A stretch of 64,000 nt of DNA from Tubiluchus corallicola (lineage: Eukaryota > Animalia > Priapulida): the NCBI GenBank assembly GCA_030141605.1, contig JAQGDQ010000296.1, positions 124,001 through 188,000 of the forward strand, read 5' to 3'. A program made the position numbers and the translations under genes. The notes under the pieces were generated by a model. The model was not told where the DNA came from, ran no database searches, and was given only the letters and a program-made list of their open reading frames with translations. The first letter of the stretch is position 1, and every line of letters begins with the position of its first letter. Of this stretch, positions 13,995 to 26,353 are shown piece by piece.

Positions 13995-14200
13995 TCGGTT
14001 ATACGGATACCCCCCCCCCCCCCCAACTAGTCCGTTATAACGTGGGTTACTGTAACCTGCAGTAACTGGTATTTTGGCAGCGATCACATTTGCATTGCAT
14101 TGTTGTGCGTACACAAAAGAACTGTCTGCTGCGGGGCACTCTGAGGCGCGGAGTCCGATTGGGAGAAATCGGTCCAGTTGGGCTAAGGCCGACCGTAAGA
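13995..14200. mobile_element. Adjacent ends of DNA-transposon-derived MITEs
   Basis: CCGTTATAACGTGGGTTACTGTA resembles a TA-flanked CAGTA-type terminus (Tc1/mariner-pogo style); GC-rich GGGGCACTCTGAGGCGCGG...GGCTAAGGCCGACC resembles a second MITE end. Confidence 0.35.
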
Positions 14201-14563
14201 GAAATAGACGTTTGAAAAGGACTCGCCAAACAAGTTTTTTGATGAATAGAATAGTAGCATGCAGAGACAGTATTTCCACAAACAGTTAACGTCATATAGT
14301 AATACAAAGTTCTACAATAATAATTACAGCTGTGAACACACATCATTATGACACATTTTAAGCTGTGTAGCACTATCATTCGCATTGTAATTAATTAATA
14401 TAATACTGGATAGTGTACTTGCTTAGACCTATAACTCTGTGTATTTGGAGAGAAATCCCAAATCTGATATAAATTTTCTTTCGAATTAGAATTTTTTAGA
14501 GTAAATTGGCAGCCTATAAAACAAATTCTACATAAAAATGTAAACGTAATTAACCGATGGCAA

Positions 14564-14568
<5 letters not shown>

Positions 14569-14630
<62 letters not shown>

Positions 14631-14690
14631 TTTATATTACATATATATCCACACACATATATATATGTATATATATATATGTGTGTATGT

Positions 14691-14750
<60 letters not shown>

Positions 14751-14803
14751 CACACACATATATATATGTATACATATACACACACATATATATATATATA
14801 TAC

Positions 14804-14834
<31 letters not shown>

Positions 14835-14835
14835 C
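14569..14835. repeat. (TA)n/(TACA)n microsatellite
   Basis: Directly visible. Confidence 0.97.
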
Positions 14836-15568
14836 AACGACAGTTTTATTCTCATTTTGCAAGCATAAGTAATTAGTTTAATCAATATAATGATATAATA
14901 TAATTGTAACAACAGTCAATAACAACAACAACAGCTGATAGTCTATAACAGTGGTATTATATTAGCTTATAGGCCACAAAACATTCCATTTTCGCAATAA
15001 TTATAAAGTAACAGTCGCTAGAGCACTCCGAAACGAAAAAATTAACCAATTGATTTATGTTTCCGAATTTATCTTTCTCGAAACATTAAAAATATGTGTG
15101 TTTTAAGAAAAATTGTATTTTTTGTAAAAAAAAGTTTCATCCTTGCAGCAAACGTTAACTCTTTGCCAATGCGAGTGCAAGATCAAATACCATCTCGCAT
15201 TTTTTGCAAAAACAATATTGGTTATGATTTTGGTACAATAGTACCACAATCTGTTATCGTAATTTGGCAGAGGTAGGTCTTTAACCCTAACACAATGACG
15301 TCGCGGCGTTTCCTCGTACTAAACGAATGATTCGTCATTGTCCCAATACCTAATACAACAAGGGTTGGCAACCGTAAGCCTATAGTGTACTTTGTTAAAT
15401 TATTGCGCACAAGAACCGAGGGATTAGAATTTTTAAGCTTGGATCTACATCTAATTAAAATCGAAAGAGCTGTCAGTGAACCTGGGGAACAAATGTCAAA
15501 TGTCAAGAACTGGATATAATGAGCTATATCATGCAATAATTAATTAAGATATGAAAAGGTCAATACTG

Positions 15569-15571
<3 letters not shown>

Positions 15572-15602
<31 letters not shown>
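15572..15602. repeat. (TA)n microsatellite
   Basis: Directly visible. Confidence 0.95.
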
Positions 15603-15604
<2 letters not shown>

Positions 15605-17767
15605 TGACATGACGCACAGCATTAAAATTTTTCGCCATGGATTTCAGCTTCTTGATTGCTTAAATAATTTAGCTTCTGAATTTGTTCTTAAAAGTAAACA
15701 GCAATTGTGATATTGATGCTTATATACTGTATATTGTATTAGATCACTAAGTTATGAATCATTGACTATTAGTGTATTACGTACCTGCAAACGATGAAAT
15801 AATATTATAGTTACGAAACCTTTCTGTAAATATGTTTGTAAATATGAATGTAATGAGTCTTCATCTCTTGTTATTGTTCTGTTTTATGATTACATAAATT
15901 AATTGTGCATATAATTTTTTATGGGAACAAAAGTAGTGAAAATTTACTGTTAGGTCCGGATTTACGTAACTGAAAACGTGACATTAAACAACTGAATTAG
16001 TGAGTTGCTGTTTTAGGTGTTACGTAAAAAATGAGGAGGGATAAAGAGGAAAGATAATAGTAAAAGTAGAATTAGACCAGAAAGAAAACAATATTAAAAG
16101 AGAGAGTGCGCGCGCGCGAGAGAGAGAAGAGAGAGTGTGTGTGAGAGAGAGTTGTAGAGTGAGAGTGAGAGAGACTCCAGGAAATCATAAAGAATAATGA
16201 GCAAGAAACAGGAACATAAGAACTAGAAAAAACCAAAGTGCTCACAAAAGCGCAGCACAAAAAAGCCTAATATTTGACGTTCAATTGTGCTAATACAGTA
16301 CTTTCATTACTGTATTATACCATCAGATCGCTGGTTTGGTATACTGATTTAATTTGAATAGGTTATATATGAAACATAATACTTTGAATAATGAACTCAG
16401 CCTGCTCTGCCTAGCTACAAACTACATTAAGAGCTATGTATATGCGCCCTATAGATTACATTAATGGGATGCGTATATTATAAAGCCAACACCATGGCAA
16501 GGCAAACAAATACATTTTAACATTAATTAGCTTACGTAACTTTATAGCACAGCGACTATAAGTAAAACTACAAATTATAATGGGTATTACGTAATACATA
16601 AACGCATGCATTCATATTACAGTTAGATGTTATAGCAATCGTGCTCCGTTAAAGTAAAACAGCAATAATGTACACATAACGCTATACAATACATATGTGA
16701 TATACTATACTGCTTCAGAGTAAGCTACACACAACTTAAGGGCATTTTCTAATTACATGTGACATAATTACACACTATACACAGCGCAATACGTTGCAAC
16801 AAAATCAATGGGTATAACATGTTTTTGTTACAGTCTTTCAATATCCTGAATACCTGACAATGATGTGCGGTAACGAAAATTTGGGGGTCAATTTACTTAA
16901 CGTTTCAGTCGTAGACCCAGCGTTATTCTTACCCAGCAGCATTGTGACTAAGTTTAAGGCTGACAATGGCGTCAATAAGTGTAACAACAGCCCTGAACTG
17001 TTTTAGTCTTAGCACTAATGGTTTTATGCATTCAAGAATTTCATTTACTTTGTACATTGACCAAATACTTTACGTGAACACAAATGATCTTGGCCAGTAA
17101 TTAGATTAGATATATATTTTTAGTAGCCATTATATGTTTGCATCACGCATATACATGTACCTAACTAGGCAAAAAAAGGCAAAATTTTTACTAATGCATT
17201 GGGTGTTGCTGTTGTGTGGGTAGCTTAGGGAAAGTACCGATTGGGAGAAACCTTGCACTTCTCACGAAATCTAAATAGACATACATCAATCATCTGACTG
17301 GGACCATCTAACTTTTATCGACTTCATTCCTGGGCGTTTTCCCATTTTTTCAAACTAAGGAGCATAATAATAACAAGATATGGGGCTGTGCATTTTCCCT
17401 TTGCTGTGTGAATACAATCGTGTAGTCATAATACAGAGGAAGGAAAAAAATCGCTTACCGGCAATTAATGAAGGTTCGATTAACCGTAACGCAAGTTCAG
17501 ACGTCTCATGAATTATTTTCAGTTAACCGCACATCACTAGCAATTGACTCGCATTAAATAAATAAATTAATTACATATATAGAAGAAGCGTGCTTTCCTG
17601 CAGAATTATCATTTGAATAACTTTAATTCCTGGCCATCAATATCTAGCTACTATTAGGATAATTAACTTAATATAACAGAAAATTCAATATTTTTTGCCA
17701 GTGCAAATATTAAAAAAATGTGTTCGTATGAGGCACAGAGAAGAGCAGCAAACTACAAAACATACTC

Positions 17768-17895
17768 CTTTTACAGCGTTTTCTCTCTCTCTGCTTTACA
17801 CTTTATATTGTTTGGGTCACATTCAAAACAAACTACTTTTACAGCGTTTTCTTTGTATTACACTTTATGTTGTATGGGTCAAATTCAAAGCAAAA
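17768..17895 (+). repeat. Degenerate ~68-bp tandem duplication
   Basis: TTTTACAGCGTTTTCT...TTACACTTTAT.TTGT.TGGGTCA.ATTCAAA.CAAA occurs twice. Confidence 0.75.
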
Positions 17896-20084
17896 TATTC
17901 TGTTTTTGAAAAAGGCCTAACATGATAACAGTTGAAATCACTGAAAGTTGTTCGAGTGCTCATTTCTTATAGATTTTTAACATACCATGTTTCACTTTAA
18001 TTAACGCCTATTTGCTTCTAGAATGTATCATCGTAAATAAGAGATAATTGACAGTTAAATGGATCTTGTTGCGCAGTTGAATATAATCTCAGTGAATGAC
18101 AAGTTAATTTTTTTCTGAATAAATCAGGAAATCAGGAAAAGAGTACAAGTTACAAGCAGGCCGTTGTTAAGTTTCATTTTAAGATCACGAAGACTTGCAG
18201 GTTCTTGTATTGACAGCAATTATACCGTGCAGGCTTCTTAATCACAGCATTCTGAATCAGCAATGCAATGGGCAGAATGCTATTTAATTAACAGTGTGTT
18301 GTGTGATTAGATAAATGTCCCAAGGATGAGTGTGACCGCATTGAGAGACGCTTGGCATGCGGATGATGCTGTCAATGGAATCATAAAATAAACTACTTGG
18401 TGCTAGTAGCACCCTACATGATTTGAATACCTAATTTATAATGTTATAATAACATTAATAAGTGAAAAATAGCCTGTTTCGACTGCTGTCGTTGTGATAT
18501 TACATTCCACGGAAGCTCGACCTCTTTAATCATATTTTGAGTTTGCGTTGGCTTCAGTGTCCTCCAAAGATATCTCAAAAATGATTTGCAGTTGGACAAA
18601 TAACAACGGAACTAATACTCGGAAATCACTGTTAATTTCATTTTTCGCTCCCCAAAAATGTTTTGCTGATAATTTATTACAAATTACTTTAGCATGAGAT
18701 AAAACAACACAGCCCGCTTAAATATTCATACGCTCACTGAAATTTAATAAGCAAATTAAGCAGTCTGCAGTAGCCTCGACGTTTACAGCCACATCGCTAT
18801 TCATTGCCATTTTAGATTTAGATGCAATAACACCGACGTTAATCCAGTAATGACAATTAAACAGTATTTTATATTTTTCCGACTTACACCTTATGAAAGA
18901 TTTATACGAATTTAATGATTCTCGATATAGTAAGAGTCAAAGATGCTGCGATTTCAATTTTTCTTATAAGTTTTGGTTTCCAAATAGTCTGTAAAACGTA
19001 GAAAATGCATTGGCAGCTGAGGACAGAATCTAGAGACTGCCGAAAATCTCTAATTTGCAAAGTAAAATCGTATTCAACGAGTGCAAGTAATCGCCTCAAA
19101 GCCCATTTCATACACACAGAAACAAAACATTTAACTATATTTTTGGTTCTGCATAGTTTAACATTTTTGACCACTTTACTGAGACGCATACAAACCTTAT
19201 ATGTTTACTGGATGATTGAACCGCATCAGCTTCTCTTCGTCTGTCACCAAAGTAGTAACAGAAACCGTCGCTCAATTACCCAGTGGTCTCTGGTTTCTAT
19301 TTAGTCTCGTCTATGCAGCTGTTACACACAGGAATCAGTAATAAATTCGGTAGAACAATTAAGGACAGTTAAACACTTCAATTTCTTATCGTCCCAACTT
19401 CTGGTTTATGTAGTGTTATTTGTAAATGAATGACAGCGACTTTGTTAAATTTTAATCGTTGACTACTTTTGTACCTTTATCGTCATCCCTTGCATTGCAG
19501 ATGTGGAGAGCCGAGAATTATTTGGCTCTTCGATGTTTTGAAACATGGGTTGGGAATAAACTATCCTATCAACTATCAACTAACTGCCTATTTTGCAAAT
19601 TGGACGACTCATACAGATGCAGATAAATGTTCCTCTAATACTTTTAAAATAAAAGTCTGTTTTGCAAAATCCACTGTTTAATATTTCACCCAGCAGCTAA
19701 TAACTTGAAATCTCTTGCTAGGTATCACCTGCTGTTTTCGTGTACATAAATCACTTTAAAACAACACAGTGGGTATAACATTTTAAACTTGCTCTTCAAC
19801 AATATTCATTTATCATTTAGTTCTACTGCTGTCACACTGCTTACAGAATAGAAAGCCTGCTGACATTGGGATTAATGGAAAGTTCTAGAGAGTCCTCGTC
19901 AAGCTGTGTGAGGATTGTTTAAGACAAGTATTAATCCATCACGTAGAATGCCTGATCGAAAACGGCTGAGCGCTTATAAAGGATAAATTTACATTAATAT
20001 TTATACAAGTTGATGCCCTTTACGATAGCCGTGTAAATTATATACGTGAAATCAATGATAACAGCTTGAGGTGTAAATGGGCTC

Positions 20085-21404
20085 CTATAAATGTGTGGCA
20101 TTGGGATTTTTCTCCGTAGTGGACAGAGCCTTGCCGTTTTTCAGGTCCGCCAGCAACATGGCATTATGTTCATATTCCGGCATGAGTTTATTGTGACCAG
20201 TGGTGGTCACGTGAGTAGTTTCACCGTCTTCGTCGTCCTCGGAGTCACCCGCTTGGTTTCTAATATTTTTCAACACATTACTGCGCGATCCTCTAGCAGG
20301 AAATACGCTGGCTTCAGCTGCCAGGCCTTCACTCGTCTTTGCACACTTGAACGCCTTGATAAAGCTCTTGCGAAAGTTGTCGCTAAGGAAGGCATAGAGG
20401 ATTGGATTGATGGCAGAATTTGCATAAGCTAAAGCGTATACAAACAACGATACCCAGACTCTAACCTCGTCTGGTTCATTCCCACCGCGCCCTAAAGTTA
20501 TAACCATTTGTAAGCACCAGTATGGTAACCAGCAACAGATGTACACCGTTATAACAGTCAGTACCATTTTAGTTACTTTTCTGTGTGATTTCTTCTTTTC
20601 CTTAGACCTCTGAGTTTTTGGTCCCAATGTTTTTAGTCTTCGCAAAACAAGACAGTAGAAAACTAAAGTCAGCGATACAGGTATACCGAACCCTAACAGA
20701 AACGAGTACCATATGAAAGCAACTTCTGCTTTTATAAGTTGTCCTCCTGGCCATAAGACTGTGCAGGTCGTCATTTTTACCCCGGGCGCTACATCGTATT
20801 CATGTGCTCGTGCATACATTGCAACGGGAATCATCACCAGTATACTAATAGTCCATGTGAAAGCACACACCAATTTAGCATGGAGTGGTGTACGCCATTT
20901 AACTGACCGCACTGGCTGACAGACAGCAAGGTATCTGTCACTACTCATCACTAACAGAAATAAACTACTTGTAAACTGATTAACGACTGCCATTATCATG
21001 TACACTTTGCACATTACCGAACCGAACAGCCATTGGTTCATCAAATACGTGGTTATCAAAAACGGTATGCTCCACAAAAACATTTCGTCGGCCATTGCCA
21101 AATTCATGATGTACAGATTTGTTACTGTTTTCATTTTAGCAAAGCGTAACACGACATATACGACTAAACCATTACCTACCAAGCCCACTACACATATGAT
21201 TCCAAACAGGAGATTTAGAAGATACTTTGAGATTATTGCTGTCAGTGACCCATCGTGCATGGTTGGATCTGCCGTCATGTTGGTCTCATTGAAAAACGTC
21301 ATGTTCTGGACAGCCGCGTCAACAATATCCAACAAATGAAAATCTGTCTTCTTCAGTAAATTTCCTTCGGATTGTTTCATTAACTTCTCTGTGTTACCAT
21401 CCAT
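20085..21404 (-). CDS. AstC-R: Somatostatin/allatostatin-C receptor family class A GPCR (single coding exon, ~439 aa from first ATG)
   Basis: Seven hydrophobic segments; GNGLVVYVVLRFAKMKTVTNLYIMNLAMADE, SDRYLAVC, KKKSHRKVTKMVLTVITVYICCWLPYW and NSAINPILYAFLSDNFRKSF are SSTR/AstC-R signature motifs; N-terminal N-glycosylation sequons NMT, NET, NMT. The ORF track starts at a GTG (21488); the first in-frame ATG is at 21404. Confidence 0.93.
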   Translation of the reverse strand: MDGNTEKLMKQSEGNLLKKTDFHLLDIVDAAVQNMTFFNETNMTADPTMHDGSLTAIISKYLLNLLFGIICVVGLVGNGLVVYVVLRFAKMKTVTNLYIMNLAMADEMFLWSIPFLITTYLMNQWLFGSVMCKVYMIMAVVNQFTSSLFLLVMSSDRYLAVCQPVRSVKWRTPLHAKLVCAFTWTISILVMIPVAMYARAHEYDVAPGVKMTTCTVLWPGGQLIKAEVAFIWYSFLLGFGIPVSLTLVFYCLVLRRLKTLGPKTQRSKEKKKSHRKVTKMVLTVITVYICCWLPYWCLQMVITLGRGGNEPDEVRVWVSLFVYALAYANSAINPILYAFLSDNFRKSFIKAFKCAKTSEGLAAEASVFPARGSRSNVLKNIRNQAGDSEDDEDGETTHVTTTGHNKLMPEYEHNAMLLADLKNGKALSTTEKNPNATHL

Positions 21405-24281
21405 TCCTTGCAGATCGCATTCAGTAATTTCCAAGCAATCGCTCTGGTGGTCTTGTGTTTGTTTTAGGGTCAAACAAAAGTACCACAAATTGTCGCGGGT
21501 TACTGTCTTTATATGTTAGTAACTAAGCTGTAGATAGTCGCTTCAAATAACACAATTTTTATTCTATTAAGGTGATTTTTAATTCACTATCAGCCGAAAA
21601 ATGTTTTGTAGCCTTCTGTATAACAATTTATACAGCTATGGCGAAATCTGACTTACATTTATCTGGATGCTTTAATGATTGCGCCTCCGTGAACAGCTGC
21701 CAAAGGCAGAGCTCTTATAGATGTCGTTCATCTATGTAGGTTTTGTGATACGGAATTCAATAGAAATTGGATAAATATTTGAATACCATATGACATGATC
21801 GTGTCTCAAGACTTAGTGGCTTTCATCCAGAAAAGTTAACACTTTATGTACTTAAGCACGGGACATAATAGACAGCATTTGAAAGCGTACAGATGGTGGT
21901 GATTGTTCTGTGTAACCTCATACAAGAGAATTTCACTCAAGTGATGGTTCTCATTGTGCTTTAAATAATCCGTTCACTCTCTCGGCTGAGTCGAATTGAA
22001 CCCGGGAGAGTATAATCACTGTCTAGCCCAATTCTGTTGAATGTCAAGTTAATCTTCCACATCCGGTAATGAAGGAATATCATGTTTCTAGTAAATATTA
22101 GACTCTCAGCTCGCATCACCTATAACAAAAACAACATTATTTTTACGACTATTAATTATGAAACCTGATTCATGATCAAACGAACGTTTTTTGCGTCTAA
22201 TGTACAATAGTCAGTTGCAAGAAACATGGTTGTCTTTTTTCTCAGAGGCGCCTGTTTGGGCTCATTCGCCCTTTCTACTGAAATTTGCGTAGAAAATGCT
22301 GAAAATTACTTCTGCGATGGTGACGTAATCTGAGCAAAACTGAGTTTAAAAACAGTCAAACAGACGACTGAATGAATAGATGAGCGAACAAACGAACTAA
22401 TGAAAAAGCGAATAAAAGCACAAGTCAAATTAAATTAATAGTCCAAAAATCTCAAAAAATAATCAAATAAATAATCAGACAAGTAGGCGGATAGGTACGT
22501 AAACACAGTAAGCAAACACGCATGCTACATTCTCAAAAGGGTAAGACACGTGACAGTGTCAATATAACAGTTAGAACACGCCTTTTATAATTTATAGGTT
22601 ACTTCTTGAAACTTCGAGATTAGTTAACGCGTAATTAGAATGCTAAAAATTACCCACGACCAGTAATTTCAAGAAGCAAAGCTAGGCAAAATTACTTAAC
22701 TCTGCACTTGCTGTTGCACAACAAATGTCGCACATTACGAGAATATCGGTGACTGTCACTGACAAATATAATTGACCTTAATAATTCGATAGTACTGACA
22801 AATTGTGCCACAGCGCCATCACAATGAACAGTTTCAACAATTATATTGTTGTTAGGCTTGCCTCATTCGCTGTAGCTGCTAGAAATCTATACACATCTGC
22901 ATAATTATAAATTATTCAACTCTTTATATTATTCATCAACTGCACAGAGGCGATATTTGTGTTAGAGTTATGTCTTTTACTGAAAAAAGTCCCAATGTTT
23001 GAATTCCAAATTTTGTTAAACCATCATTTCTTTTGCCCACCATTAACTTTTCTATCTGTTCGTGAAATAATCTTTTGTGGGTCGCTATTTTTTATCAGTT
23101 CACAACCAAACTGTAAAATCCATGGTTTACTGCCGGCAGTATAAACTCACAAATTGTTAAAATTGAGAACAGTGAGATTCAAGAACAATTACTGCTTTTA
23201 AGCTTTTATAATAATCAAGTTCCTTGGGCTTTGCTGTGCCTCTGCATTTTTGTAATATTGTTATCTTATGCAATTTGAGCGTATGGTGTGTTTTACATTT
23301 CTTACCTAATTCTGTATTCAACTATTTTATTGCAAATTTCAAATACACTCTATTGACCTGCCATAGGCCTAAAGGACGAACTAAAAATGCTGTTTTTTAA
23401 CATTGTGTCTATACAGAAATGTCGATATAAAATAGTGCCGGTTAAAATATACAATATTATATGAATAAACCCTAATTTGAGGTCAATAATGGGTTTATGC
23501 GGATGTATTGTTTTTTTACGCACCACTAGAAATTCCAAATCAACATTAATAAGAAACAATAAACTATTTTGATGTCCGGATTAATGGCATAACTCATGAC
23601 TGTGTTAAGGCTTTTCAAAAAATGCAATCCAGAAAATGAAAGTTATACATAAAAATAGGAAAACGCGAAAAAATAACAAGACCAATTTAATTATTTTATT
23701 TAAGAAATGTAGTTATGTAATTATGAGCCGTTAAGTTTACGATTTCTGATTTTCAAACTGTTAGATCAGTTTAAATGAGCTGCCGATTAATTAATTAATC
23801 ATTACTTGTCAAATTACTTTTATCATTAAACATAACAAGTTGTTTTTCAGTAGTACACTTTAGCTTACTATACTAGTAGTATACTATAGCTATTACTGAG
23901 TAACAAGACTAACACAGGGTTGTTATTTTATTATGGTTGAAAGAAAGAGAAACACATTTAATGATATTCGCGTGTTTGGCCAAGAGGCAGCTGAGCTTTC
24001 GCTTGTTGAAAGATATAGTCCACCTAACGAGCATTTAAGCGTGCCATGAGCTAAACTTGGTGCAAAATTAATGACTAAGGGCGGAAATGACCTCAAGGAA
24101 AGATTTACGTTAGCCATTAGAAATGGCGACTAACACACCGATAAGTACAGGCAGTTGTACAGCTCAAAATTTTTAATCTTTAATGAAAGTTGTGTGAAAG
24201 CTTTACCAAATTTTACAAACGTGCAGATCTGTACAAGCAGCTACATCATGTCACACACTCTCCCCTGCGTACTTTCTCCTT

Positions 24282-24315
24282 TCTCTTTCTCTTTCTCTTT
24301 CTCTCTCTCTCTCTC

Positions 24316-24360
<45 letters not shown>
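24282..24360. repeat. (CT)n microsatellite
   Basis: Directly visible. Confidence 0.95.
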
Positions 24361-24573
24361 GTTTTGGTCCTATTTTCTTTTTCCTCTGATTCTTTAAATA
24401 TTAAAGACGGCTACTATTGCTATAAGTACTTACTACTAAATTTTTTATTAATTTTCTCCTTCTTTATTTTCTTCTCTTCTTTTCTTATGACGCAACTTTT
24501 TTTCAGACATAGAGACTGCTCTCGTAACTTATTGTGCATGTACTCTTTGGGACTAAAGTGGTACGTCTGAGTA

Positions 24574-24797
24574 CGGTTTGGCAACTTCCTCGCAACTTGT
24601 TACGCAAGTTAACTCTCACCAACTCTCGCTGAATTTGCAATAAGATGCGAGAGAAGTTGCCAAGCCGTTCACACGTGCAACTTTGCTCTCAGAGAGAAGT
24701 TGCTCATTAAGATGCGAGAGAAGTTGCCAAGCCGTTCACACGTGCAACTTTGCTCTCAGAGAGAAGTTTGAACGCGAAGTAAGCGTTCACGTGTCGC
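24574..24797. mobile_element. Small palindromic MITE-like relic with an internal 67-bp tandem duplication
   Basis: CGGTTTGGCAACTTCCTCGCA pairs with TGCGAGAGAAGTTGCCAAGCCG; the unit TAAGATGCGAGAGAAGTTGCCAAGCCGTTCACACGTGCAACTTTGCTCTCAGAGAGAAGTT starts at 24641 and again at 24708. Confidence 0.65.
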
Positions 24798-26322
24798 TAA
24801 TAGAGCTACAGGCGATTGTAAGTGTTTCAACTAGATAGGAACATACATTTCCTTGGAAGTAATGCTCAGGTGCAGCCCTAGTACAGCTGCGTTTAGCAGA
24901 GGTCATTTGATTGCTATGACTCATTACTATCAATGATGGTACAAATCCACAGTTAATTAAAGTCCTAACACTACAGATGCCTCACATCACTATATGTTCC
25001 TTCCCCAGTGGTCAAAGTAGTCTAAAGTAGCTACTCTTCATAGCTGGCCAACCAAGCTCAAGATTTCCATGTTAGATCGTTCACACTAGATTGATTCTAA
25101 CCAATTAGATTAATTCTATTTTGAATAATTTTCAGTCTGAAATTTCCATAGGTGATTAATTAATTATTATAATCTTAATGTCATTATTTGTATTAGTGGT
25201 GGTACAGTCCCACAGTTAATTGATACCAAACTTGAATGACAGGAAATGTGAAAAAGTTGAAGGTTCCGATTCGGTTACAAAGATGTTGCGTCTTTTCTTG
25301 CAACCATTTTGGATTTTCCAAAAAATACATCTTTAGTCCACTAGGTTTTTTCGGTTAAAACCTTGATCAAAAATGCGATTGGACGCTTAAGTGGCGTGGG
25401 TTTTAGTGTACCGACATAGCACATTACGTCATATTTAAGAACAGCACAAGCCCGAAGTGTCTGAAGTGAATAAATTCATAAATTATCAAATAAAGCCGTA
25501 CTTAAACTTTGCAGTGAAAAGCCAGTTGATAATAAATTTTGGCAACACTGAAACGATGTAAAAATTAGAAAACCAACATTCCAGAACAATATCCGTGTTC
25601 TTTGTTTACAGCATTTTCATCGCAAATTACCATACGCATTGCATAAATATGCTGATAAAACCACCCAAGCCAAATTCAACATTAAATCAAAAGTGTAAAT
25701 ACAGTAATAAAATCTAAATTACAACATACGCCAGTCATATTGGATTTTCTTGTGTCTGTGGTGGATTTCTGCATTCGGTGCAATATTTGAATTTTATGAC
25801 CATTGTCTACAAATATGGAAAATTTTACTATCAAATGCAATATTACGCATTCAGTTATTTACGTCATAAACTCATACTATTTTGCAAATTACCTGTTTCG
25901 ACCACTCTGTATTTATTGTAACTGTGGTTATTCACAATTAGGTTGGTTGAAGCACAAGAAAACACGCTTCAAAAATAAAGCTCAAAAATTCCTCTCGAAA
26001 TTTTGTATCACTTAAATGTTGTCTTATTGTGTATACAGAACTTGTGTTGGCAGTAAACGCTGTATAAAACTAGAAAATTTAAATTCCCGCGACGATAGTG
26101 GGGTGGCCATTTTAACGGTAAGTCGTTTGAAAGAAGTTTAGATAACATTAAATAACATTTCTAAAGTTAGAAAAAGTAATCAGAGCATTTTTCACTCTTC
26201 ACTAACTAAGCAAAAGTTTAAATTCTTATAGTGACAACTTTAATTGAACAGTGTATGTTCAGCTAGCCTTTAACTACAAAAGAAACTCACAAATAATCAT
26301 ACAGCTATAAAGTCATATATGG

Positions 26323-26350
<28 letters not shown>
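26323..26350. repeat. (TA)n microsatellite
   Basis: Directly visible. Confidence 0.9.

Positions 26351-26353
<3 letters not shown>

Noticed and set aside
14557-14912. YIYIYI ORFs (likewise RERE/SLSL ORFs at 24155-24570, 29095-29445, 48924-49142 and 55767-56092)
   Set aside because: Translations of microsatellites.
20091-21339. Plus-strand ORFs overlapping the GPCR
   Set aside because: Antisense shadows of the coding sequence.
21405-21488. N-terminal extension of the GPCR from GTG
   Set aside because: Non-ATG start; the first ATG at 21404 gives a normal receptor N-terminus.
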